The translations under genes and the position numbers were made by a program. A DNA stretch of 31,511 nucleotides. It comes from Myxococcota bacterium. GTDB lineage: Bacteria > Myxococcota > XYA12-FULL-58-9 > JALHOP01. Below are positions 7,348-16,822 of the stretch, piece after piece. The stretch's first letter is position 1. Each line of letters opens with the position of its first letter. The stretch is taken from positions 1 through 31,511 of the forward strand of contig JBGGMJ010000177.1 of assembly GCA_041288095.1 (NCBI GenBank). The letters are read 5' to 3'. The notes under the pieces are model-generated. The model saw only the letters and a list, made by a program, of their open reading frames with translations, was not told where the DNA came from and made no database searches.

Positions 7348-10047
7348 TTATTCAAGCAGGCCGGTCGGCGTCTGATCGAACGTCGAGCGCTCGACCTCGC
7401 TGGCATGAGCCGTCGCCGTGAAATTGCCGATTGCCGGCCCCCAGGCGCTCTGGGTGACCGTGCAGCTCGTCAGCGCGGTGGTGAAGCCGTGGGCAGTGAC
7501 CTGATCCGGACGCCAGCTCGCCACGGAGTCCTTGGCGGGGAGCTTCGCCGCGAAGATGCCGCCGTCCCTGTAGGCGTCGGGGTCGCCGGGGGTCGGATCG
7601 TACTCCGAGGCGACGCTATCGACGATGAAGGCGCCGCCGTCGTCGGTGAGCGTTAGACGCGGCTCTGCCATCGAGAAGTAAGAGAGCTTGGTGATGTAAC
7701 GGCTGCTCGAGGCCAGACCGGCGTCGAGGCGCGACACCACGAGCCCATCGAGATAGCTGCCGACGCTCGCGAAGCCGACGCCCACGAAGCCACCAGTCGG
7801 GAGCTCGGCGATGTCGGTGTAGATGATGGTGCCGTTGAGCTCGTCCTCGCGCTCCTCCGCGACGAAGCCAGACGCCGTCCCGGTGGCATCGACGCGCATG
7901 CGCAGCGAGATACCGGCGTCGGAGGCGCTGCCGCTCAGGATGAGGCTGCCGTTCTGAGTGAAGGTGCCGCCCAGGGCGTGGAAGGTGTCGCTCGCGAAGC
8001 CGCCGGCGCAGCTCACTTCGTAGCGACGGCGGTAGACGGTGGAGCCGTCATTGGCCGCGAGGCGAAGGAGGAATGCGGGATGCTCACCGCTCCCTGGCAC
8101 GCCGTTGCCGGCGATGACGACTCCGGTCGCGTCCGCGATAGCGAACGAGGGGAAGTACCCTTCCGTCTCACCGGAACCGAAGCGCTTGGACCACAATACC
8201 GTGCCGTCGACCGCCATGCGCATCACCCAAAGGCGCGAGCGCGTCGCACCAACCGCGTCCGTGTGGGTGCCCACCAGATACACGCCGCCGCTACCATCGG
8301 GCAGCAGGTCGTAGAACTGCTCGCCGTTGTCGCTGCCGTGCGGCGAATCGTCTGGGGCATTGGGAATATCGTAGGTGATGGCGGAGACCAGCGAACCGTC
8401 CTGGTTCAGGCGCAGCAGGCCGTACGGCTTGGTCGCCACCAGAATCGTCGTGTCGCCCAGGCTCGCGATACCCGAGACCGAGCGCTGCTCGTAGCCGCCG
8501 TCTTCGGGGAAGAAGTATTGCGTCGCCCACGCGGCGGTTCCGTCGTCGCGGACCTTGGTGACCGCGAACGAATCGATACCCGCGACGACGAAGGCGCCAT
8601 CGATGGTGCGCGCGCGGTACGTGCGGTGCGTCCCCATGGACACGTAGTTGACGTAGCCGATGTACGGCGGCCGATGGTCGTCGGTGTCGTAGCCGGTTGG
8701 CTGATGGAAGGTCGCGAACGGCGTGAAGGTCGGATTGACCAGGTGCTCGGCGTCCGGGCCGGCGCCGACTGGCAGCGAGCTCGAGCCGGGCGGCAAGGAG
8801 CAGCTACCGCTGGCGATGGTTTCGTTCGCGAGGTTCACCGGCAGCTCCGCTTTGGCGAGCTCGGCGTAGCCCAACGAGCCGAGGTCGACGCCAATGTCGA
8901 CGCCGAAGAAGCCGTCGATGCCGGTGTCGACCGACCAGCAGGGCGAGGCCTCCTGATCGGCGGTGACCCGGGCGTAGGCGTTCAGGCCGGCGTACGGGCC
9001 CATGACCTTGTAGAGCGCAACGCGGATGCGCGCCTCCACACCCACGCTGGCTTCGGCCGAGAGCGCGACCTCGGCGGTCGGCGTGTCGAAGGTCGCGAAG
9101 GGCGTCGGCGGCGTGCTTTTCGGCCCGGTCTTGGTCGAGAACTCGAGGCCGCCCTCGAAGCCGGCATGGGCGCCGGCGCCGACGGTGAAAGCGCTGGAGG
9201 CCTTGCCGGTGAGGTGGCCGGTGACGGTGACCTCGGGGAAAAACACCAAGGGGCCGATGGCGAAGGCGCTGAGCGTCGCCGAGAAGATCGGCACCTCCTT
9301 CTCGTAGGCGAGAAATGGAGCGCCGCCGAGCGTCGCCGTTGCGTCCGCGTTGGCGGACACGAAGAACCCGACCGCGGCCTCGGGCATCAAATCCTCGACG
9401 GAGCACTCGGAAAAGCCAGACAAGGCGCAGTCGAGCACCTGGGCGGGGATCTCGGCGACGGCGCCCCAGTCGACGTCGATGCCGAGGGTGTAGTCGTAGA
9501 CCGCCCCGATGTTGCCGTTGACGTAGACCTGATCGTCCGTGGTCGCGTCGTTGCCGTCGCCGTCATAGGCCACGAAGTCGAGGGGCAGGGAGCCACCACC
9601 CGAGGCGCTGCGAACCGCCGGCGTCAGGGTCCCTGGAGCCGCGCTGGTGACCGTGTTGCCATCGAGCGTGGCGGTTCGCTCACCCGCTTCGACGTGCAGC
9701 TTCTTGAAGGCGAGCTGCAGCGGCGCATTGATGGTGGTGAGCGTGAGCCCGCCGCCTTCCGTGCTGACGGCGGTGACGAAGCGCATGAGCCCATTCGGCG
9801 TGGCGCGCGACTGGCCCGCGATGAGCACCCTACCCGGCTGCACGTCCACGAGCTGTGCCGGCGTTGCGTTCCAGTGCAGCCTGCCGTCGCCGGTCTCGGT
9901 ATCCATGCCCCCGAGGGTGTCGTTCGCGAGCTCGGCGGTGCTGGGCCAGAGGGTCGCTTCGTAAACGTCTTTGGGCTGGTCGTTCTTCTTGTCGTCGCTG
10001 CACGCCAAAGCAAACACACACGACACGACCACGAGCCACGAGCGCAT
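7348..10047 (-). CDS. Large beta-rich lipoprotein (899 aa) with a probable C-terminal beta-propeller
   Basis: Signal peptide plus lipobox (FALAC); Gly/Thr/Ala-rich beta-strand pattern; C-terminal repeats such as DGTAAWATQY, DGTVLWSKRFG and DGSTVYRRRY. Confidence 0.8.
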   Translation of the reverse strand: MRSWLVVVSCVFALACSDDKKNDQPKDVYEATLWPSTAELANDTLGGMDTETGDGRLHWNATPAQLVDVQPGRVLIAGQSRATPNGLMRFVTAVSTEGGGLTLTTINAPLQLAFKKLHVEAGERTATLDGNTVTSAAPGTLTPAVRSASGGGSLPLDFVAYDGDGNDATTDDQVYVNGNIGAVYDYTLGIDVDWGAVAEIPAQVLDCALSGFSECSVEDLMPEAAVGFFVSANADATATLGGAPFLAYEKEVPIFSATLSAFAIGPLVFFPEVTVTGHLTGKASSAFTVGAGAHAGFEGGLEFSTKTGPKSTPPTPFATFDTPTAEVALSAEASVGVEARIRVALYKVMGPYAGLNAYARVTADQEASPCWSVDTGIDGFFGVDIGVDLGSLGYAELAKAELPVNLANETIASGSCSLPPGSSSLPVGAGPDAEHLVNPTFTPFATFHQPTGYDTDDHRPPYIGYVNYVSMGTHRTYRARTIDGAFVVAGIDSFAVTKVRDDGTAAWATQYFFPEDGGYEQRSVSGIASLGDTTILVATKPYGLLRLNQDGSLVSAITYDIPNAPDDSPHGSDNGEQFYDLLPDGSGGVYLVGTHTDAVGATRSRLWVMRMAVDGTVLWSKRFGSGETEGYFPSFAIADATGVVIAGNGVPGSGEHPAFLLRLAANDGSTVYRRRYEVSCAGGFASDTFHALGGTFTQNGSLILSGSASDAGISLRMRVDATGTASGFVAEEREDELNGTIIYTDIAELPTGGFVGVGFASVGSYLDGLVVSRLDAGLASSSRYITKLSYFSMAEPRLTLTDDGGAFIVDSVASEYDPTPGDPDAYRDGGIFAAKLPAKDSVASWRPDQVTAHGFTTALTSCTVTQSAWGPAIGNFTATAHASEVERSTFDQTPTGLLE

Positions 10048-10059
10048 TGCATCCCCCTG

Positions 10060-10093
10060 AAACGAAACTGGCCGGGGGATTGCCCCGGCCAGC
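10060..10093 (-). terminator. Rho-independent terminator downstream of rpoA
   Basis: Minus strand CTGGCCGGGG-caatc-CCCCGGCCAG followed by TTTCGTTT. Confidence 0.8.
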
Positions 10094-10119
10094 TTTGACG
10101 ATTCAACAACCGAAGCGAT

Positions 10120-11121
10120 TTAGCGCTTCAGCTCTTTCGGCGGCCAGGCGTCGAGCTTCATGCCCAACGAGAGACCCATTTCGGCGAGCAGCTCTTTGAT
10201 TTCCTTGAGCGACTTGCGACCGAAGTTCTTGGTCTTGAGCATCTCGGCCTCGGTCTTCTGGACCAAGTCGCCGATGTACTTGATGTTCGCCGACTGCAAG
10301 CAGTTCTCGGCGCGCACCGACAGGTCGAGCTCGTCGACGCTACGGAGCAAGTTCTCGTTGAACTTCTCCTGCGACGGCGTCTCTTCCTTGATCTCGAACT
10401 CTTCCTCTTCCTCGAAGTTGATGAAGACGGTGAGCTGCTCTTTGAGGATCTTGGCCGCGAGCGCGACAGCGTCGTCCGGCGAGACCGAACCATCGGTCCA
10501 GGCCTCGAGGGTGAGCTTGTCGTAGTCGGTCTGCTGACCGACGCGCGCGTTGGTCACGTTGAAGCTGACCTTGCGGATCGGGCTGAAGAGCGAGTCGATC
10601 GGGATCCAACCCACCGCCATGTTCGGCGCCTTGTTCTTGTCGGCGGGAACATAGCCACGGCCGCGACGGACCATGACTTCCATCGCCAGCTTGCCGCCGG
10701 GGGCGACAGTGGCGATGTGGTGATCGGGGTTCAAGACCTCGACGGCGTCATCGCCAATCAAGTCCTTGCCCGTGACCTTGAGCTCTTCCTTCTCGGGAGC
10801 CTGAACGTCGATCTTCAAGACGCGCGGTTCGTTCGAGTGAGTCTTCACCAGAACGTCCTTGAGCGACAAGATGATGTCGGTGACGTCCTCGGTGACATCG
10901 GGGATGGCCGTGAACTCGTGCAGGGCGCCATCGATACGCACCGCCGAGATCGCCGCGCCTTGCAGCGAGCTCAGGAGCACGCGGCGAAGGGCATTGCCGA
11001 GGGTGATACCGAAGCCACGCTCGAGCGGCTCCGCGAAGAATTTGCCGTAAGTAGCCGTGAGGCCCTCACGGTCCGTGATGAGGTGCTTGGGACGGATAAG
11101 GTCTCGCCAATTGCGCTGCAT
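10120..11121 (-). CDS. rpoA: DNA-directed RNA polymerase subunit alpha
   Basis: [40 protein letters not shown], and CTD motif LSVRAENCL...[10 protein letters not shown]. Confidence 0.99.
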   Translation of the reverse strand: MQRNWRDLIRPKHLITDREGLTATYGKFFAEPLERGFGITLGNALRRVLLSSLQGAAISAVRIDGALHEFTAIPDVTEDVTDIILSLKDVLVKTHSNEPRVLKIDVQAPEKEELKVTGKDLIGDDAVEVLNPDHHIATVAPGGKLAMEVMVRRGRGYVPADKNKAPNMAVGWIPIDSLFSPIRKVSFNVTNARVGQQTDYDKLTLEAWTDGSVSPDDAVALAAKILKEQLTVFINFEEEEEFEIKEETPSQEKFNENLLRSVDELDLSVRAENCLQSANIKYIGDLVQKTEAEMLKTKNFGRKSLKEIKELLAEMGLSLGMKLDAWPPKELKR

Positions 11122-11304
11122 GGAGGACTCCTTTTTGAGTCGGCAGTCTCACCGCGAGGCCTGCACGACCAGAAGGGGTTTTAGAAACGCTGGCCTAAAA
11201 GTCCTCTGGCCAGTGCTTCACCTTCAGCCAACCGCATATTCGGAAGGCCGAAGGTCCGTTGACGAACGTCCGCTGCAGCAGACAGCCCGCCATCGCGTTT
11301 TTTA
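11122..11304 (-). promoter_or_regulatory. Structured rpsD-rpoA intergenic RNA (four hairpins; the last buries the rpoA SD)
   Basis: Inverted repeats at 11221-11254, 11167-11211, 11143-11164 and 11126-11141 (GACUC-aaaaag-GAGUC). Confidence 0.45.
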
Positions 11305-11931
11305 CTACTTCGAATAGAGCTCGACGATGAGCTGCTCTTGGATTGGGATCTGGATCTCTTCGCGCTGAGGCAGCGATTGAACCGTCCCCGTGAACGCAGC
11401 GGCGTCGAGCGTGAGCCAGCCCGGAACACCACGCTTCTCGGCGTTGCCGAGAGCTTCCATGATGCGGCCGATCTGACGCGACTTCTCGCGCACCGTGATG
11501 CTCATGCCGGTCTTCACTTGGAAGCTCGGCACGTCCACCTTCTTCTTGTTCACCATCACGTGGCCGTGACGTACGAGCGTACGCGCTTCAGCGCGCGAGC
11601 CCGCGAAACCCAAGCGATAGACGACGTTGTCGAGACGGCGCTCGAGCAACTGGAGCATGACCTCGCCGGTGATGCCCTTCTGGCGCGAAGCCTCGGCGTA
11701 GTAGCCGTAGAACTGGCGCTCGAGGACGCCGTAGATGCGGCGCACCTTCTGCTTCTCGCGCAGCTGGATGCCGTACTCGGAGAACTTGTGCCGACCCTGG
11801 CCGTGTTGTCCCGGCGGATACGGACGGCGCTCCATGGCGCATTTCTCGGTGAAGCAACGCTCTGCCTTGAGGAAGAGCTTCATGTTTTCGCGCCGGCAAA
11901 GGCGGCAAACTGATTCGGTATAACGAGCCAT
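11305..11931 (-). CDS. rpsD: 30S ribosomal protein S4 (Cys-containing, zinc-ribbon type)
   Basis: MARYT...CRLCRRE...C..EKC...PPGQHG...[19 protein letters not shown]-terminal IVELYSK. Confidence 0.99.
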   Translation of the reverse strand: MARYTESVCRLCRRENMKLFLKAERCFTEKCAMERRPYPPGQHGQGRHKFSEYGIQLREKQKVRRIYGVLERQFYGYYAEASRQKGITGEVMLQLLERRLDNVVYRLGFAGSRAEARTLVRHGHVMVNKKKVDVPSFQVKTGMSITVREKSRQIGRIMEALGNAEKRGVPGWLTLDAAAFTGTVQSLPQREEIQIPIQEQLIVELYSK

Positions 11932-11956
11932 TACTCAAAAACCTCGAGCAGAATAA

Positions 11957-12349
11957 TTAGACGCGGCGCTTCTTCGGCGGGCGGCAACCGTTGTGGGGGA
12001 CAGGCGTGATGTCGCGGATCATGGTGATCTTGAAGCCCGACGCCTGGAGGGCGCGCACGGCGGCTTCACGACCAGCACCGGGTCCGTTGATGAGGACACC
12101 CACCGAGCGCATGCCGGTGTCGCCGGCCTTGGTGGCTGCGTCTTGCGCGGCGACCTGAGCGGCGAACGGCGTCGACTTACGCGAGCCGCGGAAGCCCTTC
12201 GAGCCTGCCGACGACCACGAGACGACCGCGCCGGTCGGATCGGTGATGGTGATGATGGTGTTGTTGAAGGTCGCTTGGACGTAGACCATCCCAGTGGGGA
12301 TGTTCTTCTTGACCTTCTTGACCTTGCCTGCGGCGGTTGCGGTAGCCAT
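11957..12349 (-). CDS. rpsK: 30S ribosomal protein S11
   Basis: [50 protein letters not shown]. Confidence 0.99.
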   Translation of the reverse strand: MATATAAGKVKKVKKNIPTGMVYVQATFNNTIITITDPTGAVVSWSSAGSKGFRGSRKSTPFAAQVAAQDAATKAGDTGMRSVGVLINGPGAGREAAVRALQASGFKITMIRDITPVPHNGCRPPKKRRV

Positions 12350-12714
12350 TAGCGCTTAACTCCTGCCATGCGCTTCGGACCTTTGCGGGTGCGAGCGTTC
12401 GTGTGCGTACGTTGACCACGGACAGGCAAGCCCTTGCGGTGACGGAGTCCGCGATAGCAGCCGAGGTCCATGAGGCGATTGATGTTCATCGAGGTCTCGC
12501 GGCGCAGATCGCCTTCCACCTTGTATTCGCGCTCGATGATCTCGCGGAGCTTGGCGAGGTCGCCTTCGCTCAGCTTGTCGGTCCGCAATGCCGGATCGAG
12601 CTCGGCCTTGCCGATGATGGCGAGGGCATTCTTGGGCCCAATGCCGTAGATGTAACGGAGCGCCACATCGATGCGCTTGTTACGGGGAAGGTCGACGCCG
12701 CTGATACGTGCCAT
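12349..12714 (-). CDS. rpsM: 30S ribosomal protein S13
   Basis: True start [10 protein letters not shown] at 12714; [36 protein letters not shown] overlap with rpsK. Confidence 0.98.
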   Translation of the reverse strand: MARISGVDLPRNKRIDVALRYIYGIGPKNALAIIGKAELDPALRTDKLSEGDLAKLREIIEREYKVEGDLRRETSMNINRLMDLGCYRGLRHRKGLPVRGQRTHTNARTRKGPKRMAGVKR

Positions 12715-12722
12715 GTGACTGA

Positions 12723-12836
12723 CTAACCTTGACGCTGTTTGTGACGCGGGTTGCTGCAGATGACGCGCACGGCACCGCGACGGCGGATAACCTTGCACTT
12801 CGCGCAGATCTTTCGAACGGATGCTCGGACTTTCAT
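12723..12836 (-). CDS. rpmJ: 50S ribosomal protein L36 (37 aa; not in the ORF track)
   Basis: Manual translation [37 protein letters not shown], with CxxC...C...H zinc ligands. Confidence 0.97.
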   Translation of the reverse strand: MKVRASVRKICAKCKVIRRRGAVRVICSNPRHKQRQG

Positions 12837-12844
12837 TGCCTAAC

Positions 12845-13063
12845 TCACTTCGCTCGGTAAGTGATCCGACCACGCGTCAGATCATATGGCGAGAGCTGAA
12901 CGGTCACCTTGTCGCCCGGAAGGATCTTGATGAAGTGCATCCGCATCTTGCCGCTGATGTGACACAACAGCTTGTGTCCATTGGCAAGCTCGACCCTGAA
13001 CATCGCGTTCGGCAGGGGCTCGAGTACGGTGCCCTCAGTCTCGATCGTATCTTCCTTCGACAT
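12845..13063 (-). CDS. infA: Translation initiation factor IF-1
   Basis: [20 protein letters not shown]...HISGKMR...I.ILPGDKV....[13 protein letters not shown]. Confidence 0.99.
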   Translation of the reverse strand: MSKEDTIETEGTVLEPLPNAMFRVELANGHKLLCHISGKMRMHFIKILPGDKVTVQLSPYDLTRGRITYRAK

Positions 13064-13129
13064 GCTTCCTCTCGCCCTTTACGAGTCGAACCGCGCCGTT
13101 AGGCACACCCGGCCCGAAAAGGAAGCGGC

Positions 13130-13158
13130 GCTATACCAAAGCGTTTCAAAACCGGCAA
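13130..13158 (-). promoter_or_regulatory. Candidate sigma70-like promoter for infA-rpoA
   Basis: TTGCCG-N17-TATAGC with extended -10 TGn and a GC-rich discriminator GCCGC. Confidence 0.5.
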
Positions 13159-13240
13159 GGCCAAAAGGTGGGGTCACTACCCTTTCGCTGGATCGTTTTC
13201 CAGCACCCCTGATGCGACCTCAAGGCGGCAGGATCAAGCG

Positions 13241-13927
13241 CTAGGCCGGGTCGAAACGGTCGACCGAGTAGCTACCGCGCATCGACGACGTTTTGTAGAC
13301 CGCCAAGCCCCCCGTCAAAACGACCGCCAGGGCGGTCGCGAGCCCGGCCAGGGACGGTTCCGAGGCCAACGTGGCTGCCGTGAGGGCCAGGCCCCCTGCC
13401 GCGATCCCCCAGGACATGACCTGCGGCACCGTCGGGTTCAGGGCGTCGATGCTGAAGCCCAGCTCGGCCAGCATCTTGGCGAGGTGCGGGCTCGAGATCT
13501 GGGTGCCGACGATGTCGACGCGCTTGATCGTCGGGTCTTCGGTCACGCGCTGGCGGATGGCGTGGATGGCCACCCCCACGAAGCGTCCGAAGGCCGGGTC
13601 GCTCACCTTGCGCTCGACGCCGCGGTTCCAGAGGTCACTGAGCTGCTCGCGCAGGCTGGCGGGCTTGTCGACCGAGGCGCCATCGACACAGAGGGTGAGC
13701 TTGTCTCCGCTGCGGCGGACCCACCCCAAGATGTGCGTCGTGGCGTCGCCGTTCTTGAGGGCGAGTCGGAAGTGCTCGGTCTTGTCGCCGGCCTCCTTGA
13801 TGATGCGTGTGAGGCCGGGGATGGGGGTGCGCTCGGTGATCCACGCGGCCAGGTCGCCGTTCATGAGGCGCTCGAGCCTCGGGGTCGACACGCCATTCCG
13901 CGCCTTCAAGGTCACGCCATCGCCCAT
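13241..13927 (-). CDS. Hypothetical protein with two C-terminal hydrophobic helices
   Basis: 228-aa ORF with GC3 bias; C-terminal hydrophobic pair WGIAAGGLALTAATLA / LAGLATALAVVLTGGLAVY; no N-terminal signal peptide. Confidence 0.7.
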   Translation of the reverse strand: MGDGVTLKARNGVSTPRLERLMNGDLAAWITERTPIPGLTRIIKEAGDKTEHFRLALKNGDATTHILGWVRRSGDKLTLCVDGASVDKPASLREQLSDLWNRGVERKVSDPAFGRFVGVAIHAIRQRVTEDPTIKRVDIVGTQISSPHLAKMLAELGFSIDALNPTVPQVMSWGIAAGGLALTAATLASEPSLAGLATALAVVLTGGLAVYKTSSMRGSYSVDRFDPA

Positions 13928-13960
13928 ACCGTAGCCTCGGCGAAGCGGCGGCGATTGTTG

Positions 13961-15343
13961 CTAAACCGCCAGGACGCGCTTCGCCGTCGCGGTAGCGTCG
14001 GCGATACAGTCGTTCACGGAGACGCCACGATAGGCGCCGCCGGTAAGATAGAGGCCGGGGTGATTCGCGAGCCTGCCGTCGATGCGGGTGAGCCTCGCCG
14101 CGTGGCCCACCTCGTATTGGGCAATGGCCCGCGGATGGCGAATCACCTGGACCAGCGTCGGACGCGCCAGGATGTTGGCTAGGTCGGCGAGCTCGTTGCG
14201 GACCCCGGTCACGAGCTCGTCGTCGCTCGCCTCGAGGAGCTCACGGGTGCGCGTGCCCCCAACCATGGTGCGGGTGAGCACGTAGCCGGTGGGCGCCCTG
14301 CCCGCGAAGACGTTGGTCTCGACCAGCGTGCCCAAGATGCGGCGGCGCTCGCGATGCGGCGCCAGGAAGCCGAAGCCGCGCACCTTGACGGCGTCCGCGG
14401 GGAACGCCAGCGCGACCACGGCCACCGCGTTGTAGGTGATGCCGCCGATCTCGCGAGCCAGCGGGTCGTCGAGGCTAGCCAGCATGCGCGCGGCGGCTTC
14501 CGCGGGAGTGGCGACGACCACCGCGTCCCCCTCCTCGGTCGTGCCGTCGGCGAAATGCACGCGATAGGCCCCGCCCACCTGCTCGACGCGGACCACTCGT
14601 CCGCCACAGCGGACAGCGTCGCCGAGCGCGACACGCAGTGCCTCGCACATGCTGCCCATGCCAGCGCCCAACGAGGTAAGTCGCCGCGAATCGGGGACGC
14701 TGCCGCCGTCGCCCGTCCCCGCCTTGCGGACGGCCATCATCCCCTTGATGAGGCTGCCGTGCGTCCGCTCGAGCGCGGCGAGCTTCGGAAAACACGATGG
14801 GAAGCTCAAGCGCTCGGGGTCACCAGCGTAGACACCCGTCACCATGGGATCGACGAACAGCTCGGTAGCTTCGGGGCCGAATCGGCGGCGCCCGAACGAC
14901 GCGATGCTTTCGTCCTCGGTGCCCACGGGCGGCGCGATGAACGGCTCCTTGGCGACGCGCAGCCGGCCGGCGATGGACAAGAGGTCGCTTGCCGCCAGCT
15001 TGAACGGCGACGTCGGCAGCGCGCGCAGCACGCCCTTGGCGACGAGATAACGTTCGCCGGCGGCCTCGTTCGCCTGGACGATGTTCGGCCCACAGCCCAC
15101 GGCTTCACACAGCGCGTCCGTCGTCCCGGTGGCGCGCAGCCAACCGTTCGCCGCCTCCTCGATGAGAAAGCCGTCTTGTTTGCGGCTGCGCAGCTTGCCC
15201 CCAACCCAGGGCTCGGACTCGAGCACACGGACAGTCAAGGGCTCACCGCGCTCGCGCGCCAAGCGCAGCATTTCGAACGCCGTCGCCAGGCCGCTGACGC
15301 CGCCGCCGACCACGAGGACTTTTTGAGGGATACGCGCGACCAC
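13961..15343 (-). CDS. hemG: HemY-type protoporphyrinogen/coproporphyrinogen oxidase (FAD)
   Basis: Rossmann motif VVGGGVSGL..A, E....GGK, GVYAGDP..LS, GFGFL.P, AIAQYEVGH, G.AYRGVSVNDCI. Confidence 0.92.
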   Translation of the reverse strand: MVARIPQKVLVVGGGVSGLATAFEMLRLARERGEPLTVRVLESEPWVGGKLRSRKQDGFLIEEAANGWLRATGTTDALCEAVGCGPNIVQANEAAGERYLVAKGVLRALPTSPFKLAASDLLSIAGRLRVAKEPFIAPPVGTEDESIASFGRRRFGPEATELFVDPMVTGVYAGDPERLSFPSCFPKLAALERTHGSLIKGMMAVRKAGTGDGGSVPDSRRLTSLGAGMGSMCEALRVALGDAVRCGGRVVRVEQVGGAYRVHFADGTTEEGDAVVVATPAEAAARMLASLDDPLAREIGGITYNAVAVVALAFPADAVKVRGFGFLAPHRERRRILGTLVETNVFAGRAPTGYVLTRTMVGGTRTRELLEASDDELVTGVRNELADLANILARPTLVQVIRHPRAIAQYEVGHAARLTRIDGRLANHPGLYLTGGAYRGVSVNDCIADATATAKRVLAV

Positions 15344-15349
15344 CGACGC

Positions 15350-16804
15350 TCAGCTTGCGTCGGGCTCCCTGACTTGGGCAAGCAGCCAGACGATTTTCAT
15401 GTCGCGTGAGAACCGGACGCGATCGGCGAAGGCCTCGGGTGGCGGCCATGCCGCGGGGCTGCTGTTCACTTCGTCAGGTCGTGGCAGGCGCAGGGTCCAG
15501 CCGCCTTCGGCCCGCACCCAATATTCGGTGTCGCGATAGGTCGTGCCGTCCGGATTGCGCCCGACCGCGAGCACCCAGGCCCGGCCCTCGTCGACCATCA
15601 CGACCTCGTCGACACGCACGCCCATGCGGATGCTCTTGCGGAGCGCGACGGCGTCGTCGCCGTAGTTCTTGCCGGTGCGTCGCTGCTCGCGGGCAAGCTG
15701 CTCGCCACGGAGCTGGTCACTCGTCGCATCGTAGAGGCGGCCGAGGCGCGCTTTCACGTCGGGGCGCTCGATGTGTTTCAAGATCTGGCGTCTTACCGCG
15801 CCGGTGAGGGGCGCTTTCTGGTCGGCCAGCGCCTTGACGCGCTCGTTGTGGTCGTCGGGCGTGTTCGCGACGTAGGCCTGGATGGACCGCACGTAGTCGG
15901 CGACCCACTCTTCCCTGGTCTGCATGGTACCGCGCGTTTGCACGATGCTCCGCGCCGGCTCCGGCAATTGCAGCAACGCCGTTGCCTCGTCCATCGAGGC
16001 CGCGCGGACGTCGAAGAAGTCGTTCGCGGCGATGCACGGGGCGATACGCGACGAGGCGATCTCGACGGCGCGCGTGCATGCGACGCTCGCGGTCGCGGGA
16101 GTCGACAGGTCGAGGTCCGCTTCGGCGGAATTGTCGATGAAGCTCTGCACCAGGCTCACGGGCCGCGCGAACCCGACCCCTTCGACGTCGCCGAAGAGCC
16201 GCGAGGTGTTGATGCCGACGAGTCGACCCTGGGCGTCCACCAGGGGACCTCCCGAGTTACCGAAGCTGATCGCCGCGTCGGTCTGCACCAGGCCGTTGTG
16301 AACCGCGCTCACGAGCCCTTGGGTGATCGACCACACCGACTCGCCGGGATGGCCGATGGCGTAAACCTGCTCACCCGGTTCCACTGGCTCGGACCGCGCC
16401 TCGAGCTTGGGATACGCCGAGGTGTCGGCCTCCACGTGAATCAGCGCGAAGTCGAGCAGCGTGCTGTCGCGCACCAGCCCTGCCGGCCGCACCGCGGCTT
16501 CGTTCTCGAAAACATAACGCCCCAAGCCGCCGTCCTCGGCGGCATAGCTCGGCCGCTTCGGGTCGTAGAAGAGCACGCCGAGTGAGGTCGCGCCGTCGGT
16601 CACGTGGCGGTTGGTGATGATGTCACCGCTCCCCGCGAGCAGCACACCGGAGCCGAAGCCGGTCTTGCCGTCGGCGCGATGCGCGAGGACGATCACCACC
16701 CCGCGACGCGCCGCGCTCGGCGAGCCAACCGCCGTCGTCGTCTGCTGTAGCGGAGCGGCGCAAGCGCAGAGAGCCGCGCACGCCAAGATCGTCCCTCGCA
16801 TCAC
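15350..16804 (-). CDS. Trypsin-like (S1C/HtrA-like) serine protease lipoprotein, no evident PDZ domain
   Basis: Lipobox LCAC; GSG, ITNRHV (His), DFALI (Asp), VYAIGHP, QTDAAISFGNSGGPL (Ser), LVGINT. Confidence 0.88.
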   Translation of the reverse strand: MMRGTILACAALCACAAPLQQTTTAVGSPSAARRGVVIVLAHRADGKTGFGSGVLLAGSGDIITNRHVTDGATSLGVLFYDPKRPSYAAEDGGLGRYVFENEAAVRPAGLVRDSTLLDFALIHVEADTSAYPKLEARSEPVEPGEQVYAIGHPGESVWSITQGLVSAVHNGLVQTDAAISFGNSGGPLVDAQGRLVGINTSRLFGDVEGVGFARPVSLVQSFIDNSAEADLDLSTPATASVACTRAVEIASSRIAPCIAANDFFDVRAASMDEATALLQLPEPARSIVQTRGTMQTREEWVADYVRSIQAYVANTPDDHNERVKALADQKAPLTGAVRRQILKHIERPDVKARLGRLYDATSDQLRGEQLAREQRRTGKNYGDDAVALRKSIRMGVRVDEVVMVDEGRAWVLAVGRNPDGTTYRDTEYWVRAEGGWTLRLPRPDEVNSSPAAWPPPEAFADRVRFSRDMKIVWLLAQVREPDAS

Positions 16805-16822
16805 CCCGTTACAGCACGAACC

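Noticed and set aside
12715..12873. N-terminal extension of S13 in the ORF track (174 aa)
   Set aside because: Artefact of longest-ORF calling; the region encodes rpmJ in another frame and S13 starts at 12714.
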